NCBI GenBank assembly: GCA_000182565.2 | Contig: KQ257453.1 | DNA: 64,000 bases | Direction: 5' to 3' (one strand) | DNA from: Spizellomyces punctatus DAOM BR117 | Taxonomy: Eukaryota | In this document: positions 1 to 9,300 of the stretch, in pieces | How the letters are laid out: each line of letters begins with the position of its first letter | How positions within the stretch are numbered: the stretch's first letter is position 1 | The notes under the pieces: model-generated | Seen by the model: only the letters and a program-made list of their open reading frames with translations | What the model was told of the DNA's origin: nothing | Databases searched by the model: none | Made by a program: the position numbers and the translations under genes

Positions 1-36
1 ATAGTTGTTGACAGGGCGTTTAAATATGGCTCCTAC

Positions 37-129
37 GGGTACTATGGGTCCTGGTAGAGTTGAACGAACTATGGGTTTTCTGGCATTTCTGGGTACTATG
101 GGTCCTGGTAGAGTTGAACGAACTATGGG
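37..129. repeat. Two identical 39-bp direct repeats (37-75 and 91-129)
   Basis: gggtactatgggtcctggtagagttgaacgaactatggg occurs twice, with a 15-bp spacer. Confidence 0.95.
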
Positions 130-132
130 CCC

Positions 133-182
133 TCTGGTAGTGCATCACCCATGGTATATACCATGGGTGATGCACTACCAGA
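133..182. repeat. Perfect 50-bp palindrome
   Basis: tctggtagtgcatcacccatggtat|ataccatgggtgatgcactaccaga: 25-bp arms, no spacer. Confidence 0.97.
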
Positions 183-286
183 TAGGTCTCATTAGGCAGG
201 AAAGCTTTTGCAAAGGAAGTTTTGTTGCATGTATGTAAGGTGGGTTTGTCAAGCTTTTCAAGCTTTTGCTTTTTCTTTGGCGGCAT
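182..286 (-). pseudogene. Fz1: Truncated Fanzor1 (SpuFz1-like) N-terminus with NLS
   Basis: Translates MPPKKKQKLEKLDKPTLHTCNKTSFAKAFLPNETY, essentially the SpuFz1 N-terminus as recalled, with an SV40-like NLS (PKKKQK). Similarity stops after NETY, exactly at the palindrome; the frame stops at 20. Confidence 0.85.
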
Positions 287-307
287 GATGATTGGAATAG
301 AAAAATG

Positions 308-512
308 GATGAAAGCCTGGAAAATGGGCAGAGAATGATGAAAGCCTATTGGCAGAGAATGATGAAAACCTGGGAAATGGGCAGAGAAGGCGGGTTTATA
401 TAGAGATATGACAACTGCGCATTGGACCCATTTTTCAATGGTGGAGCAACTGCAGAATATTCAATCCGTTCATTGCCGCACATATTGGACCTGTTTTTCA
501 ATGGTGGAGCAT
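308..512 (-). promoter_or_regulatory. Putative Fanzor promoter/5' UTR with internal repeats
   Basis: Minus-strand TATATAAA at ~395-402. Two ~30-bp repeats (attggacc..tttttcaatggtggagca at ~421 and ~484) each contain CCAAT on the minus strand. Three imperfect gaaa(g/a)cct..ggcagagaa repeats lie at 311-388. Confidence 0.5.
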
Positions 513-597
513 CGTTTGGGCATCGAACCATTATCAAATCATAGTTCATGAGTCTAAATCGAGTAAAATTATGATTCAATTGGTTGGAATCACTGTA

Positions 598-627
598 CTA
601 GTGCCAATACCCACCGGCTCCGCACTA
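598..627 (-). repeat. Terminal inverted repeat (left end) of the Fanzor element
   Basis: Plus strand CTAGTGCCAATACCCACCGGCTCCGCACTA, followed by TG; the minus strand reads CATA-GTGCGGAGCCGG. The partner repeat is not in the window. Confidence 0.8.
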
Positions 628-674
628 TGTTCGAGAAAAAGCCACCAAAAAATGTCCACTGGAATGACCCCCGA

Positions 675-746
675 AGGTCCCACCGAGAATCGAACTCGGG
701 TCGCAGGATTCAGAGTCCTGAGTGCTAACCGCTACACCATGGAACC
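675..746 (-). tRNA. tRNA-Gln (CTG)
   Basis: Reverse complement GGTTCCATGGTGTAGCGGTTAGCACTCAGGACTCTGAATCCTGCGACCCGAGTTCGATTCTCGGTGGGACCT forms a cloverleaf with anticodon CTG; a T-run terminator lies downstream. Confidence 0.95.
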
Positions 747-1789
747 AATTCAGCAGTACATGTGCGCTTGTTTATAATGAGCTGTGCAACCCCACAAGAG
801 GGATGCCACCTATTGCTCACCTGACAGATGAGCGGCTCACCTGCCCCACGATGCACAGCCCGCGGCATGACCAGTGCTATCCATATCACGGCCACACGGC
901 ATGACCCATTCGTGCTATGCAAACGCTCTCTCTTGCCACAACGACATTGCCATCAATGCTATGCATGTGTCATAGCCTCCTTCTTTCCGTCCAATGCTAT
1001 GCATGTCATGGCCTATCTCTCTAGCCAGCCAGCCAGTTGCATATAGCCATTCAAACATGTAATAAAATATCTATCATACTTTTAGTAGTAAATTTTCAGT
1101 TCCCTTTTTGTTATTAGTACCCAGAGTCATTGACTGAACCAATAGCCTAGTCATCACATGACAATGTCTTGCATGATTCGGGTCATCCCGCTAGTCATGA
1201 GATATCGATAAATGAAACTATCTAAATGAATCACACAGCCACTCTCTAAATTCTATCCATCGATCAACAGCAAATAAATAACATATAACGTGACTGTGTG
1301 TGTGCGCATGTGATAAAGGCATGTGAATAATTGCCTTTTATAGAACGCGTTATTTCCCGCCTGCCGATCTCTCTCGTGTCTCCCTTGTGTGTGAGAAAGA
1401 GTGAATAATCGGAGGGAACCGTGTCATTCATTCTCCCGTCTCATTCCGCATTATTTCCATAAAAGGAAATCTATAATTCTTTTATTTTTCCCACGCGCTT
1501 CAAATCAGGCGCGCGTTTACTTTTTATATCTCTTCACTCCACACACACACACACTTAAACACATCACATGGTGTGTTTATCTCTCGCTCTCGTATTTTAG
1601 ACTTGTGACCTTTTTTTTCTTCTTCTTCTTGAACGATGCTTCAAGTCTTTTCCCCTTTCTCCTTCTTCTTCTAGACTTACTTGCAATTTACAGTTACGGT
1701 ACTTACGGACGACAATTACCGAGGGCAATTACGACAACGAACAAGAGAAACGCTTTACAGACAAGACTGACAGAAAACAGAACGTAGAC

Positions 1790-3261
1790 ATGCCTGGACA
1801 ATTGGCGGAACCCGTCTTGACGGTCGCCTTTAACAACATTCAGAAACTCACTTCCATTGACGAGTCAGACTTGCAAACAATATGGAATGGCAAGTATTTA
1901 CCTTTGCATTCGCCTTGCTCTTTGTGCCCGCTTTTTTGCATAGTCTCGCTCTCTCTCAGGCAAAGCGTATACTTACCCACTCTCTCTCGCTAGTCTTTAC
2001 AAAGTGCAAGGACAATTTGGAAAATGGCCGGCGCTTGGAAAACATTAGCTGGAGACTGTGGTATCGCTCCTGTCATGGCCACTCACCAAAGGAAGACGCT
2101 TCTCCCCTCCACATTCCCAATGTTCAACAACCCAAATCCCAAAAATCCCCGCACGTCTCTCCCGAATCCTTTAACAGACTATTGAAAAAAGCAGTCGAGG
2201 ACTCGAAAAACACCACCACCGCACGCAAAGAATCGACTGCGAATTTGGCCCAACTAAAGGCTGATGCCGCAGCATCCATCCTTCAGGAACAGCAACAGCA
2301 GCAACAACAACAACAACAACAACAACAACAACCAGAGCAACAACCAGAACAACCACAAGGAGAATTGTGGCAGCAACCACCTTCACAACAAGACCCGCAT
2401 CTACCCGTGGCTGCCCTCGTCCTCACTCCCCCTGCTGCTCGCGTTGCACCGCCTCCACCCGCCGCTGCCATCCAACGCTGTAATTCTGCCGCAGCCATCC
2501 TTAAACCTCAACCCACCCGAACCTACGCCGCACCACTTGTTCCCGCTCACCACCCACAGGCGCGCATCTCTCCTGCCGTTCTCCCATATCGCGCTCTCCC
2601 ACCCAGCGCACTCGGCCCACGTCCACAACCCACTGCAGTGCATCCAAATAATGACCGGCCCAAAGTGAAGTTTTTCATTTCAGAGAGTCACTCTCCGGAT
2701 ACCCCTGAACGTCTTCCTCAACGCCGCCCTCTTCCTGCTCGATCCAATCTCTCTACATGTACTAGTATTACAACAAGAAATCCCGTGACAGCAGCAGCAG
2801 CACCACAAACAACAGCGGCAACTCAAGGCTATGATTCTGATGACGATTTCAGTGACTCGGATTTTTCAGATTTCTCAGACTCTGAAGACTATAGTGATGA
2901 TGAGTCGGACGAGCCTAGCTCAACGGACGCGCCCGTCTCACTCTTTCGCAAAGTGGACATTTACTCGCAGAGCGCTGCCGCCAGAACAGTCACACCCAAG
3001 CGATCTCTCCTCTCTGTTGCGCTCAAAGAAGGCTCCGCTCTGAAACGTGCAAAGCCATCACAGTTTCGCAACCTAAACGCCATGGGACGCCCATCAAGAG
3101 ACGAGTGTGAAACTACATCAGCAGGCACAACATCCGAGCTGTCACAGAGTTTACGTGAGAATTTAGAGTGCGAGCGTCGCATGATGCCCTACAATATGCG
3201 ATTTGCCCGCGGTGTGCATGCGGGAGCTGCATCGGCGTTTAATGAGGAAGGCTATTGGTGA
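1790..3261 (+). CDS. DUF1752 (AreA GATA-like N-terminal motif)/DUF3295-type fungal regulatory protein with polyQ
   Basis: WNVFTKCKDNLENGRRLENISWRLW motif after splicing intron 1890-1993 (GC-AG); C-terminal TSELSQSLRENLECER...EEGYW; polyQ and acidic tracts. Confidence 0.8.
2287..2358 (+). repeat. (CAA/CAG)n coding microsatellite, polyQ
   Basis: Run of caa/cag triplets inside the ORF. Confidence 0.9.
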
Positions 3262-4117
3262 AGAGGAAGAATTTGGAAGACAAACAAAAGATACTGATAG
3301 ACAAAGAAGTGTCGCTCCGTTTTTTTTTTTCTTTACGGTCGTAATGGAATGGAATAGAAAATGTTGATGCGCAGTGTTTGTATTGGTGTGTTTGATATGT
3401 CTCATCATTATGATGTGCAAAGGGAGGGTTTGCTGGTTGGGAAAAGCTATGCGCATGGTGTTTTGGTGATGGGATGGGATGAGAGACGAGATGCGACGAG
3501 ATGTGATGTGGATGAGGGACAATTTGGGTGTTACTTTTTTGTACATACGAGTTTTTTTTTGTGGTGTGTGTGTGTCTGCATGTGTTGGAAGCTTTTTGTT
3601 TTTACGAATACTGTAATACCCAAAACATGAATTTGCTCGAAAATATCCCCATTCATTGTGCTCCACTTTACTATAGACATTGTCTAGACAATTTCTGCGA
3701 GAGCGGGAGTGATTCGGAGACACGGAGCTGCAACATTGCTGCGCAAAAACAGTCCCTGTTTTGACCTGCGATATCGGCAAGGAAAACTACAGATCTTCTC
3801 TATCCATGACGTGGATATGACGCTTTGAGCAAGAAAGGGTTATCTATCACATACAAGATTGTAGGGTTCACGGAGCTCAAACCCTCCGAAGTTTGCAAGC
3901 CTTTTGGGCCCTTTCAACCAAATGATGACGTTGGCTTTACATTTCAAAAGTTTAAAAGAATATGGGGCCCTTTGAGAGAGAACAGCAGGTCACGCGCAAT
4001 GGTCACGCGTTATGCACGTGATACAAACACGTGTCCTATGTGACTCACATATTCGCGTTTGCAGTTTCTTCCCATGGGAGCTTTTTGTTTGTTGGTTGAT
4101 TCAGTGGAGATTTCTGC

Positions 4118-4141
4118 GTGTGTGTGTGTGTGTGTGTGTGT
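4118..4141. repeat. (GT)n microsatellite
   Basis: gtgtgtgt... run. Confidence 0.9.
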
Positions 4142-4297
4142 AGGTTGTTTTTTTTTGCTTTTTTATATTGGAGAGAGTGAAAGGTACGTGTGGGAATCCT
4201 CGATAGGATAGAATGTCATCATTGTTTGTCGTCAAGAGATGCAAAGGTTCACATTTACGGCATCTGTTTGGTAGGATCCTCGAACCGGCAATTTGCG

Positions 4298-6229
4298 ATG
4301 GGCGACACATTTCACCTCACGCAAAGCGCAACACAAGCATTCCTCAATGGCAGATACGCAGAAGCCCTCCAGCACCTCCACCAACTCTCCAGTCTGACAG
4401 ATGGAAAAGATCCACACGTGGAACATAATATCCTTGTTGCGGAATGGTATGCTGGGAAACTCGTTGGTGCAGAGAATCTCGTCAAGAGGATCGATGGAAT
4501 ATTAGGCATGGCGCAATTAAAAAAGGAGCAAGATGATTCACGAGATCGGGATCCATTGTTGGCTGATTCGAATGGTGATCAAGTGGTGGGATCTGGACGT
4601 GACAAGATGACTGCTACGTATAATCGCGCTGTGGGATTGTACCTCTCTGGAAACGCCCAAAAAGCCCTCGATTCCCTTCGTCCCATTCTGGATGACTTGG
4701 AAATGACAGACGCCTACGTGGGCCTTCGGGCGAGTTTGTTGGCTGTAGAGTGTTGTATGGCCTTACGGGTGCCTGTCATGGCCAGAAATGTGCTGGATGC
4801 GGCTGAGCGGGCGTTCAAGGACCGTCTAGTACGCGATGGAGAGGAGGAATCTGCTGATGGGTCAAGTAGCGGGTTGGCGCCGACGCTCAAGGATGCTATA
4901 CCCGTCTCATGTGGATCACTAGACACTGTGTTGTCTGTCTTGAGAACCCGTGTCTACCTCCTGGAAAAGAGCAAAGCAGATGCTAAAACCGAATTAAGCC
5001 GTCTTGAAAATGATAACCCTCCGCTAGAGACCTCTTCTTCAATCTACCGCAACATGTCGACTCTCTACATGCAAGCCCACCATGCCTACCTCCACGACTC
5101 GCCCCAAACAGCCATGACCGCCCTCGACGCATGCACTAAATCTACATTCACCCCACCTCCTACAAGAACCCCGACCATCCCACCAGACGACCCAACCCCC
5201 CTCTTCAAAACCCTACCTACGTATTACCACAACGCTCTAGGCTGCCTAAACGCCAAATCCGGCAACCACGCCACAGCCGCTCTCTCCTTTTCCAAAGCCC
5301 TCGCCGAAAACCAAACATGTATCAAACACCTCGTATCCCAAACCACCCCCCACAACACCACCACCATCAGTGACCAAGACGACGAAAAAGAAGAATGGGA
5401 ACGCATCGCAGAAGAACAAGACCGTCTCGACAATGACCTTGCCCGAACCACCCCACTCCCTCCCTCCCTCCCAACCCTCTGCAACACCCACCCCATCCTC
5501 TCCTACAACGCCGGCATCCAACTCGCCCACCTCGGTAAACCCTCACTAGCCTACACATGCTTTTCCCGTGCGCTATCAACAGTACCATCTTCAGCACATG
5601 TACCACCCTACCTATTGTACACCCATATAGGCCTAACATGTCTCGACATGTATAAACCAACGTTGACACCCCAAACGATTACCATCGGACACTACAAACT
5701 CGTGACCCCAAAACACCAAAGCAACGTACCCCTCCAAAAAGCCCAACAAGCATTCGAAACCGCTCTTGAACAATGCCCGGCAAACGCGGTACCTGTTATA
5801 TACCTTTATCTAGCTTACACGAGTCTGTTACAGCGTCGCATGGAAAAAGTTTTGCAGTACTGTGCTGTTGTTTTGGATCATGAACCTATTGGGCAGTCAC
5901 ATGTCCTTGCGGGGCTTTATATCCGGATTGCGTGTATCACGTTAGGGAGGCCTCCTCCGCCCTTGTTGGAACCGCTTTCGCATTCTTTGGCGACTGTTTT
6001 GGGGTTGTTTGAACAAACGGTTGCGGCGAGGGGGACGTACCCCCCGCATCCGGCGTTGCCTTCCTTGTTGAGTAGGTTGGAGGGGGCGGTTAGGGAGTAT
6101 GAAGGTGGGAAGGGGGCGTTGGTGTGGATTGCGTTGGCGAGAGGGGATAAGAGGGCGGCGTGGGAAGCATTGGGAGGTGAAAAGAAACGAGAACAACGGA
6201 GTGTTGGTGGTGACGAGTGGGGATTTTGA
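4298..6229 (+). CDS. CNOT10: TPR protein, CCR4-NOT subunit 10-like
   Basis: Long single-exon ORF. Motifs ATQAFLNGRYAEALQHL..EHNILVAEWY, YHNALGCL...FSKALAEN and LSYNAGIQLAHLGKP..AYTCF parallel the animal CNOT10 TPR blocks. Confidence 0.7.
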   Translation: MGDTFHLTQSATQAFLNGRYAEALQHLHQLSSLTDGKDPHVEHNILVAEWYAGKLVGAENLVKRIDGILGMAQLKKEQDDSRDRDPLLADSNGDQVVGSGRDKMTATYNRAVGLYLSGNAQKALDSLRPILDDLEMTDAYVGLRASLLAVECCMALRVPVMARNVLDAAERAFKDRLVRDGEEESADGSSSGLAPTLKDAIPVSCGSLDTVLSVLRTRVYLLEKSKADAKTELSRLENDNPPLETSSSIYRNMSTLYMQAHHAYLHDSPQTAMTALDACTKSTFTPPPTRTPTIPPDDPTPLFKTLPTYYHNALGCLNAKSGNHATAALSFSKALAENQTCIKHLVSQTTPHNTTTISDQDDEKEEWERIAEEQDRLDNDLARTTPLPPSLPTLCNTHPILSYNAGIQLAHLGKPSLAYTCFSRALSTVPSSAHVPPYLLYTHIGLTCLDMYKPTLTPQTITIGHYKLVTPKHQSNVPLQKAQQAFETALEQCPANAVPVIYLYLAYTSLLQRRMEKVLQYCAVVLDHEPIGQSHVLAGLYIRIACITLGRPPPPLLEPLSHSLATVLGLFEQTVAARGTYPPHPALPSLLSRLEGAVREYEGGKGALVWIALARGDKRAAWEALGGEKKREQRSVGGDEWGF

Positions 6230-6335
6230 ATTTAAGGGTTTATAATCGAATATAACGCATTTATGTTTTACCAGACCACTTTTCTAAATAAACACATCCA
6301 TTCCCTATATACACACACAACACAAATACTTAAAT

Positions 6336-9300
6336 TCACCCACTCTTTGCACAAAACCCAAACACCTTGCTCAAATCCACAAACCTCCTCGCATTCCTCT
6401 CCATATACCTCCCCACCAACCCTCCTAAAACCCTTAGACCCTCTCCATCCCTCCTCATCAACAAATCAACATGGACCATGCGCGTATCATCATTGACCCG
6501 TATCTCCAATCTTTTGATTATCGAATAATGTGATAGGTAGTCGAGNNNNNNNNNNNNNNNNNNNNNNNNNNNNNNNNNNNNNNNNNNNNNNNNNNNNNNN
6601 NNNNNNNNNNNNNNNNNNNNNNNNNNNNNNNNNNNNNNNNNNNNNNNNNNNNNNNNNNNNNNNNNNNNNNNNNNNNNNNNNNNNNNNNNNNNNNNNNNNN
6701 NNNNNNNNNNNNNNNNNNNNNNNNNNNNNNNNNNNNNNNNNNNNNNNNNNNNNNNNNNNNNNNNNNNNNNNNNNNNNNNNNNNNNNNNNNNNNNNNNNNN
6801 NNNNNNNNNNNNNNNNNNNNNNNNNNNNNNNNNNNNNNNNNNNNNNNNNNNNNNNNNNNNNNNNNNNNNNNNNNNNNNNNNNNNNNNNNNNNNNNNNNNN
6901 NNNNNNNNNNNNNNNNNNNNNNNNNNNNNNNNNNNNNNNNNNNNNNNNNNNNNNNNNNNNNNNNNNNNNNNNNNNNNNNNNNNNNNNNNNNNNNNNNNNN
7001 NNNNNNNNNNNNNNNNNNNNNNNNNNNNNNNNNNNNNNNNNNNNNNNNNNNNNNNNNNNNNNNNNNNNNNNNNNNNNNNNNNNNNNNNNNNNNNNNNNNN
7101 NNNNNNNNNNNNNNNNNNNNNNNNNNNNNNNNNNNNNNNNNNNNNNNNNNNNNNNNNNNNNNNNNNNNNNNNNNNNNNNNNNNNNNNNNNNNNNNNNNNN
7201 NNNNNNNNNNNNNNNNNNNNNNNNNNNNNNNNNNNNNNNNNNNNNNNNNNNNNNNNNNNNNNNNNNNNNNNNNNNNNNNNNNNNNNNNNNNNNNNNNNNN
7301 NNNNNNNNNNNNNNNNNNNNGGGTTCTTAGTTAGGCTCTTGTTGATAATGAATTTCTCAAGAGGAACGAGTCCTTGTCGGACTTCTTGACCGACTTTGGA
7401 CAGGTACGCATGGATCTTGTCCAAAACGTTTTCCTTGTCATCTTCCGAAAAGATTTGGTTCAAGATGTAACTTGTCCATAAGAAACGTATCAGCACAAGA
7501 GCGTATTACAAACACTCAACCGTTTCGACAAAAATAAACTCACCTACTAACATCCTGACTCAACCCACACCAATCCCTTCTCACCAAATCCAACCCCTTA
7601 GTCTCCAACACAGTCTGCAACCGCCCATCCTTTTCTTCAACACTCAGCGCAGCATACTTTTTCTTCTTTAAAAGCAACATACGCTGATAATACCCATCCA
7701 TCTCAATCTCCAAAAGGTTATACCGCTTGTTTACGGCTTTTTTAAACTCGTTCCCAATTTTCTTGACTTGAGCCAAGTCATGCGTGTTGGTGTGAATCAT
7801 GATGGAGTCCGTGTCACCGTAAATGACTTCGAGGTGCTCTTGTTCGGCAAGGTCCACCGTGTTTTGCAGAATCTCTCGTCCCTTGCTCGTGATGAGCATC
7901 GCGAGGGGTTTGGCGTAGAATCGAGAATGGGAAAACCCAAGACATCCGTACATACTATTAGCAGTCAATTTCAGAGCTTTTTGTCGGATATCATACTGCG
8001 CCAGTTGAGCAGGCGTGGCTTTAGGGTCTTTCATTAGGTTCTTGACGGCTCGACGCCGTTCAACAAGGGCAGCCAAGAGTTTTGGCAAGATGCCTTTGGC
8101 GAGATCCGGATCCGGTACATCCGGCATCTGACCCTCTTCCCCATCAGATGACCGATCGACCGTCGTGAAACAGATATTGTACTCTTGGATAATCGAAGGG
8201 TACAAACTGTTAAAATCAAGCAACAAAACAAACTTGTCGTAAAATCCCTTTTTTGGTTCCAGCACGAGACCACCCGCATACGCCGGTTTTCGTCGGCTGC
8301 TGCCTTGCTTGGGTTGTGGTTGACCCTCGTCCTCCATTTCATGAAGCTGATCTGTAATTACTTTCTTCCCACCAAAGATCTTGTCCGGGACTACAAACTT
8401 TTTGTTATGGAATTCATGAAGGAGAAGATACTCATTTCGTTCGGCTCGCGCTCCAGTCATTGTACGCGCCCACAAATTGCCGGCAAGGTTCGTGAGTTGC
8501 CTCGTCAGTGGCAGGACCTGAAGCTTAAACATCAACTGAGCTTGAAGGTACCCGTCAAATTCACAGTGTTGGATCATTTCAAGAAGTTTTCCCGCATCCC
8601 AAAAATATGTGGGAATTTTCTCATAGTCAATGTTGGGCCGGTCCACTTTTAGCTGAGATGCAGCCAGCTGCGTCAAACTGTAACTCTTTGACCTGATCAA
8701 ATCCTATCGATTGAACCGCAAATGAGTATCATATATAGACTAACAGGTCTTACTCATTCATTATTCACCTGCGCTGCCCGATAGGTATCACATAGCAGTC
8801 GTCCGCTAGCAATCTGCCTCTCCGCAAACGTTGAATCCGCGGTACCACCAGCCCCCTTTTGCAGATGTGGCCATCTATTCAATCCAATGAGTCCACGTTC
8901 TCACAAATCGCAAGTCCTACAAGCCACCTACTTTGTTCTCCGCAATCGACCAATCTTGGACCACTGATCAACCTTATGCCATTTCATACGATGCAACAGT
9001 ACATCCAAGTCAAAGTCGATGAAATTGTGTCCGACAATGATATCGGGATCACTTCGATGAATCTGGGCTATATATAAGCACAATGTCAAATCCAAACGTC
9101 TAGCAAGTGGTCCTTTCAAGCACAGACTCACCAATCAGGAACCCAAGCAACCCTCGCTCGTTGCGAAGAATTTCCACTTTTGTTTTTTGCTGCTGTAAAA
9201 GCGTATTGAACCCAGCAGGAAGTGGAATATCTTCCAACTGTCGAACAACCGTAAATCTCGTTGGTTGTTGCTGATCCGTCGTCACGCCGTCAAGATTCAC

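Larger units (their letters stand above)
1..627 (-). mobile_element. Left end of a Fanzor1-carrying (Spu-type) DNA transposon, disrupted or non-autonomous; continues beyond the left window edge
   Basis: 30-bp terminal sequence at 598-627 matches the SpuFz1 terminal repeat/omegaRNA 3' end as I recall it. CATA lies at the boundary (minus strand, 629-626) and a Fanzor N-terminal ORF starts at 286. Confidence 0.85.

Noticed and set aside
37-129. CRISPR array
   Set aside because: Only two repeats with a 15-bp spacer, eukaryotic context and no cas genes.
560-650. Functional omegaRNA on the plus strand
   Set aside because: Only the terminal 30 nt match the scaffold I recall; the upstream part does not. 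Orientation relative to the ORF makes this the left end.
2171-2668. PolyV, polyC and polyN ORFs
   Set aside because: Alternative frames of the CAA microsatellite in the real gene.
6336-7496. ORF-track proteins running through X characters
   Set aside because: Artefact of translating the N gap; the flanks belong to POL1.
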